From Candidatus Microgenomatus sp. (GTDB lineage: Bacteria; Patescibacteriota; Microgenomatia; UBA8517), in assembly GCA_020724585.1 (NCBI GenBank), contig DYGS01000001.1:136096-200095 (forward strand): DNA of 64,000 bases, given 5' to 3'. The stretch's first letter is position 1, and every line of letters starts with the position of its first letter. Shown one piece after another: positions 46,722 to 56,742 of the stretch. The notes beneath the pieces are model-generated. The model worked only from the letters and a program-made list of their open reading frames with translations. It did no database searches and was not told the origin of the DNA. Made by a program: the position numbers and the translations under genes.

Positions 46722-47088
46722 AAGAAAAACTGCATCAGCAAGGGTTCGTCTTTTGAAAGGCAAAGGCGAAAGTGTTATTAATGGAAAAAATATTGAGCAT
46801 TATTTTGTAAACAAGGTTGATAGATTATTGATTAGTAAAGTGTTTGATCTAGTCGGTTTGACTGATAAATATTATTTTAGTGCAAAGGTTGCTGGCGGTG
46901 GCAAATCGGGTCAAATTGCTGCAATTGTACATGGAATTGCGAGGGCAATAGTCAAGATTGACAAGGAAAAATACAAAAGTTTGCTTAAAAAAGCAGGATA
47001 CTTAAAAAGAGACCCTAGAGAAAGACAGAGAAGGATGGTAGGTACAGGTGGTAAATCAAGAAGGAAGAAGCAATCCCCGAAGAGATAG
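46699..47088 (+). CDS. rpsI: 30S ribosomal protein S9
   Basis: 'IGRRKTASARVRL...GGGKSGQIAAIVHGIARA...RDPRERQRRMVGTGGKSRRKKQSPKR'. Confidence 0.95.
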   Translation: MKTNSIGRRKTASARVRLLKGKGESVINGKNIEHYFVNKVDRLLISKVFDLVGLTDKYYFSAKVAGGGKSGQIAAIVHGIARAIVKIDKEKYKSLLKKAGYLKRDPRERQRRMVGTGGKSRRKKQSPKR

Positions 47089-47101
47089 AGGGCATAAAAA
47101 C

Positions 47102-48115
47102 ATGCCAAGATTAAAAAATTTTGTCAAAAAACATTGGAAGAAGATACTGGTTTTTTTAGTAGTTACTGCTTTTATATCCTGGATATTTTGGGGGAGAAAA
47201 AATAAAAATATCGAATCGACTCAAATAAGAAAGGGAAATTTACAGGAGGAAATGATTTTATCTGGGGAAATTGACGCCGTAAATCACGCAAAACTTTCAT
47301 TTGAAACTTCAGGAAAAATTGTTTTTGTCGGTGTTAAAGAGGGAGATAAAGTTAACAAAGGAAAACTTTTGAGTAAGTTAGATACGACAATTTTAAATTC
47401 AAGTTACCAGATTGCCCTTTCCAACCTAAGACTCTATGAAGCGACAGCACAGAATGTTTTGGACCAAGTTAAAAATAATGATAATGATGAGACATTTGCT
47501 CAAAAAGACCAAAGAACTACAGCTGAGGCAAATAAAGATAAAGCCCATGAAGCAGTAATTCAAGCAAAAAGAAATTTAGATGGGGCGTTTCTTTATGCAC
47601 CGTTTAGCGGCATAGTGACTTATCTTGCTCATCCTTTTCCAAATGTTTTTACAACAGCCGGGGCTGTTGAGGTTGAGGTAATTGATCCGTCTACAATGTA
47701 TTTCAAAGTTTTGGCGGATCAAATTGAAGTAACCAAGTTAAACTTGGGGCAAAGAGTTGAAATAGTTCTTGACCCGTTTGAGGAAAAAACATTTGAAGGA
47801 AAAGTTTCAAACATATCTTTTGTTCCAAGTATTGGCGAGGCGGGATCCACTTACTCTGTAAAAGTTGATTTTAAAAACATAACTTTAAGTGATAGTAAAT
47901 TTAAAATTGCAATGACAGGTGATGCTAAATTTATAATTTCTGAAAAAAATGATGTTTTATATCTTCCTTTAAATTATGTCAAACAAGATAAACAGGGTAA
48001 ATTTATAAAAATAAACAAAAAAGGACAAAGACAATATATTGAAACAGGAATAGAATCAGAAGATTATATTGAAATTAAAGGTGATCTAAAAGAAGGCCAG
48101 TTGGTTTTTGATTAA
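47102..48115 (+). CDS. HlyD/MacA-family periplasmic adaptor (membrane-fusion protein)
   Basis: N-terminal TM anchor, coiled-coil segment, and beta-barrel/lipoyl-like blocks ('GKLLSKLDT', 'FLYAPFSGIV'). Confidence 0.75.
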   Translation: MPRLKNFVKKHWKKILVFLVVTAFISWIFWGRKNKNIESTQIRKGNLQEEMILSGEIDAVNHAKLSFETSGKIVFVGVKEGDKVNKGKLLSKLDTTILNSSYQIALSNLRLYEATAQNVLDQVKNNDNDETFAQKDQRTTAEANKDKAHEAVIQAKRNLDGAFLYAPFSGIVTYLAHPFPNVFTTAGAVEVEVIDPSTMYFKVLADQIEVTKLNLGQRVEIVLDPFEEKTFEGKVSNISFVPSIGEAGSTYSVKVDFKNITLSDSKFKIAMTGDAKFIISEKNDVLYLPLNYVKQDKQGKFIKINKKGQRQYIETGIESEDYIEIKGDLKEGQLVFD

Positions 48116-48791
48116 TGTGGTTAAACTTTTAAATGTTTATAAAACTTATTATCTTGGAGAAGATCTGGTAAAAGCCTTAGATGGCGTTTCTTTGACTATT
48201 AAAAAGGGTGAGTATATAAGCATTTTGGGTTCATCGGGATCGGGCAAGTCTACTTTAATGCATATAATTGGGCTTTTAGATAAGCCCACTTCAGGGATAG
48301 TAGAAATAAAAGGTGATGATATTTCAAAATTAAATGATAATCAAATATCCAAAATCAGAAGCACCTTTGTAGGATTTGTTTTTCAGCAGTTTAATCTAAT
48401 AAACAAGCTAACAGTTTTGGAAAATGTTATGCTTCCCGCAATTTATAGCAAAGAAAAGCTTAAGTTTGATCCGCAGAAGAAAGCGAAAGATTTGCTTATC
48501 AAATTCGGTATGGAGGAAAGGCTTAATTTCTATCCAAATAAAATATCAGGTGGACAGCAACAAAGAGTTGCCATTGCAAGAGCTTTAATTATGGATCCAG
48601 ACCTGATTCTAGCTGATGAACCGACGGGGAATTTAGATAGCAGAACAGGTGATGAGATTTTGGATATATTGGAAGATTTAAATAAAAAAACGGGAGTAAC
48701 AGTAGTAATAGTTACCCACGAAAAAGATGTTGCCGACAGAACAAGAAGAAGAATATATATAAAAGACGGCAAGGTTGTAAACAAATACTAA
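48108..48791 (+). CDS. MacB/LolD-type ABC transporter ATP-binding protein
   Basis: 'ILGSSGSGKST', 'LSGGQQQRVAIARAL', 'ILADEPTGNLD'. The track start is a TTG; a GTG at 48117 is an alternative. Confidence 0.9.
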   Translation: MINVVKLLNVYKTYYLGEDLVKALDGVSLTIKKGEYISILGSSGSGKSTLMHIIGLLDKPTSGIVEIKGDDISKLNDNQISKIRSTFVGFVFQQFNLINKLTVLENVMLPAIYSKEKLKFDPQKKAKDLLIKFGMEERLNFYPNKISGGQQQRVAIARALIMDPDLILADEPTGNLDSRTGDEILDILEDLNKKTGVTVVIVTHEKDVADRTRRRIYIKDGKVVNKY

Positions 48792-48801
48792 ACAAAATAA
48801 T

Positions 48802-50007
48802 ATGAACCAATATAAAAATTTAGTTGCGTCATCGTTTGACGATTTTAAAAGAAACAAAGTCAGAACTTTTTTAACCTCTCTTGGAATTATGGTTGGTGTA
48901 ATGTCTGTTGTTTTGTTAATTGCATTAGGTCTTGGTTTAAAAAATTATATTGAGGAACAATTTGAAAGTTTGGGTGCAAACTTATTAATAATTTTTCCAG
49001 GCAATGTATTTTCAGAAGACAGTGGTACTGGAGGAAACTTTGGCGCAGGGTTTGCAGGTGGAGCAAATTTTGATGAAAAGGATGTTCGAACTTTGAAAAA
49101 AGTTAGTAATGTCAAATATGTCGTTCCACTTTTTTCCAAAAGTATGGCCATATCAAATGGAAAAGAAAAGAAAGCGGGGTATATCAATGGTTCTTCAGAT
49201 GAGGCGTTTGAAGTGATGAATATAGAAATCGAAGAGGGCAGAACCTTTAATAAAAGTGATTTGACGGGCAGGGCAAAAAAGGGTGTTATGGGTTATACAA
49301 TGGCTGAAAAATTGTTTGCAGATCCTTTAAGTGCTGTAGGAAAAACAGTCAAAGCGAGCGACATAAGATTTGAAATAATAGGCGTTGCTAAAAAGAAGGG
49401 AGACAGACAAATGGATGATGGAATATTTGTACCGTATACTTCAACTTTTGGAAGTTTAAATCCTAATAAAACTTTTTTTGCAATTTATCTGGGTACTGAT
49501 TCCGAGGATTCAATTCAATCGGTTAAAGTGGGTGCAAAAGAAGCTCTTTTGAAAAGATATGATGAAGATGACTTTTCAGTTACCGAACAATCGCAGATAT
49601 TGTCATCTGTGAATCAGATATTTGGGATTATTAATACTATTTTAATTGCAATCGGTTCAATATCGCTGTTTGTGGGAGGTATTGGAATTATGAATATAAT
49701 GTACTCAACTGTTACAGAAAGAACCAAAGAAATAGGAATCAGGCGAGCAATTGGGGCGACTGAAAGAGATATACTTTTGCAGTTTTTAATGGAATCAGTG
49801 ATATTATCGCTTTTGGGTGGAATAGTTGGGTTGATACTTTCGGGAATCATAGTTTTTATAGTCAGGTTTTTCTTTCCTGCAAGTCTTAATTTGACAGCAA
49901 TTTTAGTTGCAGTAATAGTCTCGTCAATTATTGGGATAGTTTTTGGGGTATTCCCTGCCCGCCGCGCCGCCAAACTCTCCCCAATCGAAGCTATTAGATA
50001 TGAGTAA
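48802..50007 (+). CDS. FtsX/MacB-family ABC transporter permease
   Basis: One N-terminal TM, a large extracytoplasmic loop, and three C-terminal TM helices ('EIGIRRAIGAT'). Confidence 0.85.
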   Translation: MNQYKNLVASSFDDFKRNKVRTFLTSLGIMVGVMSVVLLIALGLGLKNYIEEQFESLGANLLIIFPGNVFSEDSGTGGNFGAGFAGGANFDEKDVRTLKKVSNVKYVVPLFSKSMAISNGKEKKAGYINGSSDEAFEVMNIEIEEGRTFNKSDLTGRAKKGVMGYTMAEKLFADPLSAVGKTVKASDIRFEIIGVAKKKGDRQMDDGIFVPYTSTFGSLNPNKTFFAIYLGTDSEDSIQSVKVGAKEALLKRYDEDDFSVTEQSQILSSVNQIFGIINTILIAIGSISLFVGGIGIMNIMYSTVTERTKEIGIRRAIGATERDILLQFLMESVILSLLGGIVGLILSGIIVFIVRFFFPASLNLTAILVAVIVSSIIGIVFGVFPARRAAKLSPIEAIRYE

Positions 50008-50021
50008 ATTTGTTTGTTAAA

Positions 50022-50092
50022 ATATTACTACGGGGATTAGTTTAACGGTAGAATGGGCGCATGGGGTGCGTCCGGCCTGAGTTCAATTCTCA
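50022..50092 (+). tRNA. tRNA-Pro (anticodon GGG)
   Basis: Hand-folded cloverleaf. Acceptor CGGGGAT/ATCCCCG, D-stem GTTT/GAAT with D-loop AACGGTA, anticodon stem GGCGC/GCGTC, anticodon loop A-T-GGG-G-T (U33, G37), T-arm CTGAG-TTCAATT-CTCAG, discriminator A. CCA is not encoded. Confidence 0.75.
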
Positions 50093-50153
50093 GATCCCCG
50101 ACATTTCCCCTATTGCATTTGGGGAAAGTTCGTAATATCTTGTAAGAAGCAAT

Positions 50154-51242
50154 ATGGCGAAGAAAAAGCAAGACATTACTTCTGCCCCGATAAAACAGGA
50201 AGGTTCTGCACAAAAACTTCAAGCTATAAAAATTGCCATGGAGCAAATTGAAAAGCAATATGGCAAGGGGTCAATTATGAAACTTGGTGAAGGCACCAAA
50301 GATATTAAAATAGATGTTATCCCAACTGGGTCGATTGCTCTTGATTTGGCACTTGGTGTTGGCGGTTTGCCAAGAGGTAGGATAATTGAAATATATGGTC
50401 CTGAGGCTTCAGGTAAGACAACTTTGGCCTTGTCTGTCATTGCAGAAGCTCAAAAAATGGGAGGGCAGTGCGCCTTTGTTGATGCAGAACATGCACTTGA
50501 TCCTGTAAGAGCTGAAACAATTGGTGTTAACCTTGACGAACTTTTGCTGTCTCAACCAGATACAGGGGAGCAAGCTCTAGAAATTACGGAGACTTTAGTT
50601 AGAAGTGGAGCTTTAGATGTTATCGTTGTCGATTCTGTGGCGGCGCTTGTTCCAAGAGCTGAACTTGAGGGACAAATGGGTGACGCAGTTATGGGGCTTC
50701 AGGCGCGGTTAATGAGTCAGGCTTTAAGAAAATTAACCGGAGCAATAAGTAAAAGCAAAACAGTTTTGATATTTACAAATCAGCTTCGTCAGAAGATCGG
50801 TGTAATGTTTGGAAATCCTGAGACAACAACTGGAGGAATGGCTTTGAAATTCTATGCTTCTGTCAGGCTTGACATAAGACGAGTTGAATCCATTAAAGAC
50901 GGAGATAATGTTATTGGGACAAGATCAAGAGTCCGAGTTGTTAAAAATAAAGTAGCGCCTCCCTTAAAAGTTGCTGAATTTGATATCATGAACGATGAAG
51001 GTATTAGTAAATCAGGCAATTTCTTGGATGTCGCAGTTGATCTGGGGTTAATCATAAAATCAGGATCATTCTTTAACTATGAAGGTAAAGTTTTGGCTCA
51101 AGGGAGAGAAGGAGCAAAACTGTATATAAAAGAAAATGAAAAATTCGCAATAGAACTTGAGAAAAAAATCAGAGAATTGGCAACTTCAGGTACAAAACTC
51201 CCAAAGGAAATAGGTGAGGAAGAAAAAGATGAAGAAGAATAG
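50154..51242 (+). CDS. recA: recombinase RecA
   Basis: '[19 protein letters not shown]', '[11 protein letters not shown]'. Confidence 0.97.
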   Translation: MAKKKQDITSAPIKQEGSAQKLQAIKIAMEQIEKQYGKGSIMKLGEGTKDIKIDVIPTGSIALDLALGVGGLPRGRIIEIYGPEASGKTTLALSVIAEAQKMGGQCAFVDAEHALDPVRAETIGVNLDELLLSQPDTGEQALEITETLVRSGALDVIVVDSVAALVPRAELEGQMGDAVMGLQARLMSQALRKLTGAISKSKTVLIFTNQLRQKIGVMFGNPETTTGGMALKFYASVRLDIRRVESIKDGDNVIGTRSRVRVVKNKVAPPLKVAEFDIMNDEGISKSGNFLDVAVDLGLIIKSGSFFNYEGKVLAQGREGAKLYIKENEKFAIELEKKIRELATSGTKLPKEIGEEEKDEEE

Positions 51243-51701
51243 ATGGACGACAAAATTTTTAATAGAATCCTCAAATTTATAAATATAAGACCAAGATCTG
51301 AAAAAGAAGTAGTCGATTATTTAAAGCGAAAGCGTATCGATGTATTAAAACATCGATACATAATAGAAAGAATTAAAAATCTAAATCTTTTAGATGATTT
51401 TGAATTTACAAAGTTTTGGATCGAATCAAGAATTAGTCAAGGTAAATCCAAAAAATCTATTGTTTACGAGTTAAAAATTAAGGGTATAAGTAAAGAGATA
51501 TTAGAAGAAGTTTTTAATAAGATGGAGATAGATGAATTAAAAATTGCTAAAGAACTAGTAGCTAAAAAAAGGTATAAATGGCAAAAATACGATGAAAAAA
51601 CAAGGAAACAAAAAATTTCCCAATATTTGCTAAGTAAAGGATATGATTGGAATGTGATAAATGATGTGATAAAATATAAGACAGGAGATAGATATGAGTA
51701 A
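51243..51701 (+). CDS. recX: RecX-like regulatory protein
   Basis: Immediately downstream of recA; helical-repeat protein of RecX size. Confidence 0.7.
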   Translation: MDDKIFNRILKFINIRPRSEKEVVDYLKRKRIDVLKHRYIIERIKNLNLLDDFEFTKFWIESRISQGKSKKSIVYELKIKGISKEILEEVFNKMEIDELKIAKELVAKKRYKWQKYDEKTRKQKISQYLLSKGYDWNVINDVIKYKTGDRYE

Positions 51702-51742
51702 AATTTTAAACAAATTTGCTTCAGAGAGACTCTCCGTTATTT

Positions 51743-52906
51743 ATGGCTACACAAAATGATTATATTAAAAAACTAGAAGCAGTTTCTAAAATGACAGCTG
51801 ATGAAGCTAAAAAGGTGCTTCTTGAAGAAGTTTCTAAAGAATTAACTGCCGAAATTGCCAAAAGAATAAGACAGGCTCAGGAAAAGATTAAACTTGAATC
51901 GCAGGAAAAGTTTAAGGAGATTTTAGCAGATAGTCTAAAACATGGAGTTACTTCATTTGTTGCAGAATATACTGTTTCATCAATTATTGTTCCTAATGAA
52001 GAAGTAAAAGGGAGAATAATAGGCGCCGAAGGGAGAAACATTAGAGCAATTGAAAAAGAAGGCGGAGTTGAGATTTTGATAGACGAAACAAACGAAATAA
52101 GAATTTCATCATTTGATTCAATAAGGAGAGAAATTGCCAAAAGGGCCTTAGAGATACTAATTAAAGATTCAAGAATTCAGCCTTCGAGAATTGAGGAAGT
52201 TTTTAAACAGGTGAGGGCTGACTTGGATGTTGTTTTACTGGAAGAGGGTAAAAGAATTGCCGAGGAATGCGGAGTTTATAATTTACCTGTTGAACTTATT
52301 AAACTCCTAGGCAAATTCAAGTTTAGAACATCATATGGTCAAAATTTAGGTCACCATACTATTGAAGAAACTAAAATTGGTGTTGCAATTGCAGAAGAGC
52401 TGGGTGCAAAAGTTGATGTTGTAAGACTTGGGTGTTTGCTCCACGACATTGGAAAAGTAGTCACCGATGAAGAAGGAAATCACATTGATGTAGGAGTCGC
52501 AACACTTAAAAAATATGGAATTCCCAAGGAAGTTGTAAATTGTGTTGCAGAACACCATGAAGACAAGCCATTTTCATCAATTGAAAGTTATATAGTTTGG
52601 ATAGCTGATGCGGCGTCAGGTTCAAGGCCTGGAGCCAGGTATGAACCGCACGAGGGTTATGTCAAAAGAATGGATAAAATTGAGGCTTTGGTCAAAAGTT
52701 TTGATGGTGTGGAGACCGCTTATGCATTTCAGGCAGGCCGCGATGTCCGTGTTTTTGTTAATCCTAATGAAGTTGATGATGATAAGCTAACTATTTTGAC
52801 TCATGAGATAGTTAAAAAACTTGAGAAAGAAGCGGAGTACGCGGGGCAAATAAAAGTAACTGCAGTTCGCGAAGTGCGTGCTGTTGACACAACCAAGGCT
52901 AAATAG
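51743..52906 (+). CDS. rny: ribonuclease Y (KH + HD domains; no N-terminal TM anchor)
   Basis: KH 'IIGAEGRNIRAIEKEGGVEI'; HD 'GQNLGHHTIEETKIGVAIAEELG...LLHDIGK'. ATG 51743 is preferred; the track start 51716 is a TTG. Confidence 0.85.
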   Translation: MATQNDYIKKLEAVSKMTADEAKKVLLEEVSKELTAEIAKRIRQAQEKIKLESQEKFKEILADSLKHGVTSFVAEYTVSSIIVPNEEVKGRIIGAEGRNIRAIEKEGGVEILIDETNEIRISSFDSIRREIAKRALEILIKDSRIQPSRIEEVFKQVRADLDVVLLEEGKRIAEECGVYNLPVELIKLLGKFKFRTSYGQNLGHHTIEETKIGVAIAEELGAKVDVVRLGCLLHDIGKVVTDEEGNHIDVGVATLKKYGIPKEVVNCVAEHHEDKPFSSIESYIVWIADAASGSRPGARYEPHEGYVKRMDKIEALVKSFDGVETAYAFQAGRDVRVFVNPNEVDDDKLTILTHEIVKKLEKEAEYAGQIKVTAVREVRAVDTTKAK

Positions 52907-52923
52907 TATCATAAGGTGCATAT

Positions 52924-53199
52924 ATGACAAAAAGAGATATTGTCGATCAGGTAGCAAGAAAAGCTCATTTAACCAAAAAGGGAGCCGAGGAGGCAATAGA
53001 AGTGTTTTTGGCAGAAATAGGGAGAGTGCTTTCTAAGGGTGAAAAAGTTGTTCTTTCCGGATTTGGTACTTTCAGAGTTATTTCAATGAAGGGAAAGACT
53101 GTTAAAATTCCAAAGACCGACAAAATGGTAACGATTAAAACTCATAGGGCTCCAAAATTTACTCCAGGTAAAACTCTCAAAAGACAAGTTTCAAGATAA
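52924..53199 (+). CDS. hup: DNA-binding protein HU
   Basis: 'MTKRDIVDQVARKAHLTKKGAEEAIEVF...GFGTFRV...RAPKFTPGK'. Confidence 0.9.
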   Translation: MTKRDIVDQVARKAHLTKKGAEEAIEVFLAEIGRVLSKGEKVVLSGFGTFRVISMKGKTVKIPKTDKMVTIKTHRAPKFTPGKTLKRQVSR

Positions 53200-53223
53200 A
53201 GGGTGGTATAATAACTTTTGCTA

Positions 53224-54216
53224 ATGGAGAAGGCAATAATAGTTGATCGTTTGATCAAAAATTTCCAAATATCTCAGAAAGAGTCTGGTTTTGTTGGCTT
53301 TATATCTTCTATTGCAAATCCAACAAAAAAAACTATACACGCTTTAAAAGGGGTATCTTTTACTGTTCAATCTGGCGAGCTGGTTGGTTTTATTGGTCCT
53401 AATGGTGCAGGGAAAACCACAACAATGAAAATTTTATCGGGACTTATCCACCCCACCTCAGGTTTTGTATCGGTTTTGGGTTTTGACCCTTGGGAAAAAA
53501 GCTATGATTATCTTAAAAAAATATCTCTAGTAATGGGTCAGAAAAATCAGCTTTGGTGGGATCTTCCTGTTATTGATAGTTTTGAGTTTAATAAAGAAAT
53601 TTATGAAATCCCCGATAAAGAATACCAAAAGAATTTATCTGATCTTGTAGAAATTTTAAATGTGGAAGATTTATTAAAAACTCAAGTTAGAAAGCTATCT
53701 TTAGGGCAACGAATGAAAATGGAGTTAATAGCCTCTCTAATCCACAAGCCTGAAGTAATGTTTTTGGATGAACCAACAATCGGTCTTGATTTAGTAGCGC
53801 AGCAGGCGTTACGGGATTTCATTTATGAATACAATCGTAAAAATGGAGCAACAATAATTTTAACTTCTCACAATATGAATGATTTAATTGATTTAACAAG
53901 AAGAGTAATAGTAATTGATGAAGGAATAATTATTTATGATGGACCGCTGGAGGATCTATCCAAAAAATTCGCCAAAGAAAAAATAATCAAATTAACTCTT
54001 GAGGATGAAGCCAAAAAGGAGATATTTGAAGGTTTTGGCGAAATTAAGAAATATTCGCCTCGCGAGGTTTCAATCTCTGTTCCAAGAGAAACCACTGCTT
54101 TTGTGGCGGCTGAAATATTGCAGAGCATTAAGTTAAGTGATTTAAGTATCGAAGAACCGCCGATTGAAGATGTAATAAGAAGAGTTTTTAAGGGTGAACT
54201 AGCTAAAGAAGGATGA
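53224..54216 (+). CDS. ABC transporter ATP-binding protein (ABC-2 type)
   Basis: 'GPNGAGKTTT', 'LSLGQRMK', 'FLDEPT'. A TGGTATAAT extended -10 box lies at 53202-53210. ATG 53224 is preferred over the TTG at 53218. Confidence 0.85.
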   Translation: MEKAIIVDRLIKNFQISQKESGFVGFISSIANPTKKTIHALKGVSFTVQSGELVGFIGPNGAGKTTTMKILSGLIHPTSGFVSVLGFDPWEKSYDYLKKISLVMGQKNQLWWDLPVIDSFEFNKEIYEIPDKEYQKNLSDLVEILNVEDLLKTQVRKLSLGQRMKMELIASLIHKPEVMFLDEPTIGLDLVAQQALRDFIYEYNRKNGATIILTSHNMNDLIDLTRRVIVIDEGIIIYDGPLEDLSKKFAKEKIIKLTLEDEAKKEIFEGFGEIKKYSPREVSISVPRETTAFVAAEILQSIKLSDLSIEEPPIEDVIRRVFKGELAKEG

Positions 54217-55013
54217 CTAAGTATTTATCGAGTTTTAAATTGGCGTTAAAACAAGAATTTGTGTATAAACTGAATTTCGTATTAGGAAGATTTAGAAATA
54301 TTATTCATATATTAGTTTTTTTCTTTTTGTGGAGTAGTGTTTTTGATACAACAGTTGGCAATCATTTTGGCTATACAAAGAGTGCGATGTTGACATATGC
54401 TTTTTTGTTGATTCTTTTCCGCTCCATTACTTTGTCTTCGAAGTCGGGTGATATTGCGGGAATTATTTCAAATGGAGATCTGTCCAATTATCTTTTAAAG
54501 CCCATCAGTTTTTTTAAATATTGGTTAATGCGTGATTTTGCATCTAAAGCCCTGCATGTTATATTTTCAATTTTTGAAATAATTATTCTTTTTATAGTCC
54601 TGCGTCCCGATATATATTTGCAGACAAATCCTGTAAATCTGCTAATTTTTGTTTATCTTTGCATAACAGCAATTTTTATATTTTTTAATTTATTGATTTT
54701 AACTAGTTTTGTTCCTTTTTGGCTTCCCGAGCTTGGCTGGGGAGCCCAGTTTTTGATAGTTGCAATAATAGTTGAATTTTTTTCTGGTGCTGTTTTTCCT
54801 TTGGATATTTTCCCAAAAATATTTTTTGAAATTTTAAAATTTACACCTTTTCCCTACCTTGTATATGTTCCGATCAAAGTATATTTAGGAGGATCGGAGA
54901 TAAATCTTATTCAAAGTGCTCTGATTTCAACACTTTGGGTATTTATTCTTTTTCGAGTAACTAAAATTGTTTGGCATAAAGGTTTATTGGTTTATGACTC
55001 ATCAGGAAGGTGA
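54213..55013 (+). CDS. ABC-2 family permease
   Basis: Multi-TM protein coupled to the ATPase gene. Confidence 0.65.
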   Translation: MTKYLSSFKLALKQEFVYKLNFVLGRFRNIIHILVFFFLWSSVFDTTVGNHFGYTKSAMLTYAFLLILFRSITLSSKSGDIAGIISNGDLSNYLLKPISFFKYWLMRDFASKALHVIFSIFEIIILFIVLRPDIYLQTNPVNLLIFVYLCITAIFIFFNLLILTSFVPFWLPELGWGAQFLIVAIIVEFFSGAVFPLDIFPKIFFEILKFTPFPYLVYVPIKVYLGGSEINLIQSALISTLWVFILFRVTKIVWHKGLLVYDSSGR

Positions 55014-55016
55014 TAT

Positions 55017-55811
55017 ATGAAAGAGATAAGATTTATTTATTATTTTAAAATTTGGCTTGTAATGGCAAAAAACTCTTTTTTGGGATGGATATTTAAAAGA
55101 GGGGCGATAGCAATATTTTTAACGGGCAAGCTAATCAGATATTTTTTTTATTTTTTGTTTCTTTATTTTTTAACAAATCAGACACAAGGTTTTTTGGGCT
55201 ATACAAAAGACCAGATATTATTTTTTGCAGTAAGTTATTTATTTGTTGATGTTGCCGGTCAATTCTTTTTCAGAAATGTCTACACATTCAGACAGCTTGT
55301 TATAAGCGGAGATTTGGATTTGATTTTATCGAAACCAACAAATTCACTCTTCAGAGTTTTAATGGGTGGACCGGATCTATTGGATTTGATAACTATTCCC
55401 CCAATTATTTTTTTGATTTTTTATTTTGGTACTCCCGTGTTTTCAAATTTTGCCAATGTCTTTTATTACTCAGCCCTTTTGTTAAACGGTCTTATAATTT
55501 CGGCGGCATTTCATATTTTTGTTTTGGCTTTTGGCGTTATTACTTTAGAGGTTGATAATTTGGTTATGATTTATAGAGATATCCTTTCAATGGGCAGATT
55601 CCCAATTGATATTTATAAAGAACCGATAAAAAGTTTGCTTTTAGTTTTTGTGCCAATTGGGATTATGACAACGGTTCCAGCTAAAGCTATGATTGGTTTA
55701 GTAAGTCCTGTGGGTGTATTGTCAGCTCTAATTTTTGGAGTATCTCTTTTTACTCTCTCAACTAAATTTTGGCAATTGGCCCTGAAGAAGTATACTAGTG
55801 CAAGCAGTTAA
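55017..55811 (+). CDS. ABC-2 family permease (second subunit)
   Basis: Multi-TM protein. Confidence 0.65.
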   Translation: MKEIRFIYYFKIWLVMAKNSFLGWIFKRGAIAIFLTGKLIRYFFYFLFLYFLTNQTQGFLGYTKDQILFFAVSYLFVDVAGQFFFRNVYTFRQLVISGDLDLILSKPTNSLFRVLMGGPDLLDLITIPPIIFLIFYFGTPVFSNFANVFYYSALLLNGLIISAAFHIFVLAFGVITLEVDNLVMIYRDILSMGRFPIDIYKEPIKSLLLVFVPIGIMTTVPAKAMIGLVSPVGVLSALIFGVSLFTLSTKFWQLALKKYTSASS

Positions 55812-56741
55812 ATGAAAAAACTTCTAATTATTTGTGGTGCGACGGGAGTGGGGAAAACAAAACTTGGAATATATTTGGCAAAGAAATTTAATGGGGAGAT
55901 TATCTCTTCTGACTCAAGACAGGTTTATAAATACATGGATATTGGGACCGGCAAGGAATGGGATGAAACAGGAGAGGTCAAAATACACGGGTATGATTTA
56001 GTCGAGCCAAGTTATGATTATAGTGTCTTTGAGTTTTTTAAATTTGCAAAAAAAACGATAGAAGATATTTGGTCAAGAAATAAATTGCCGATTGCAGTCG
56101 GCGGGACGGGATTTTATATAAAAAGTATAACGGGCGGAATTGAAACTTTAGATGTTCCTAAAAATGTACAGCTGCGAAAAGAGCTTGAAAATTATTCTAC
56201 TGACCAACTTTTTGAAAAACTTGCAGTTTTGGATGGAGGCAGGGCAGCTAAATTGAATTTCTCCGATAAAAAAAACAAAAGGCGTTTGATAAGGGCAATA
56301 GAAATAGCAATTTGGAATTTAGAGAATTCCAAAAACCGCAAGATAATTAAAAAAAAGAGCAAACTGCTAGCGAATGAGGTGGATTTTTTAAGAATTGGAT
56401 TGGCGGAAAATATAGATATTTTGAAAAACAGGTTGGAGACAAAAATTGAGGATAGAATAAATAAAGGATTTATTGAAGAAATTGAATCTTTACTCCGGAA
56501 AGGAATTTCTTGGAAAAATCAGTCCATGAGAGCAATTGGTTATAAAGAAGCTGAAGATTTCTTAAAAAAAGGTCTTACTTATGAAGAATTTTTGAGAAAC
56601 TGGTTAAGCAGTGAAATGAAATATATTAAAAGGCAGATAACATGGTTTAAGAAAGATAGACAAATAAAATGGTTTAATGTTGGAGATTTAAATTTACATC
56701 AAAGAATAGAAAAAATAGTCAGAAAATGGTACGATATGTGA
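55812..56741 (+). CDS. miaA: tRNA dimethylallyltransferase
   Basis: 'LIICGATGVGKTKLGIYLAKKFNGEIISSDSRQVYKYMDIGTGK'. Confidence 0.9.
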   Translation: MKKLLIICGATGVGKTKLGIYLAKKFNGEIISSDSRQVYKYMDIGTGKEWDETGEVKIHGYDLVEPSYDYSVFEFFKFAKKTIEDIWSRNKLPIAVGGTGFYIKSITGGIETLDVPKNVQLRKELENYSTDQLFEKLAVLDGGRAAKLNFSDKKNKRRLIRAIEIAIWNLENSKNRKIIKKKSKLLANEVDFLRIGLAENIDILKNRLETKIEDRINKGFIEEIESLLRKGISWKNQSMRAIGYKEAEDFLKKGLTYEEFLRNWLSSEMKYIKRQITWFKKDRQIKWFNVGDLNLHQRIEKIVRKWYDM

Positions 56742-56742
56742 A

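Noticed and set aside
47102-50007. HlyD-ABC-FtsX trio considered as a novel system
   Set aside because: Standard MacAB/YknXYZ-type tripartite exporter architecture; ordinary.
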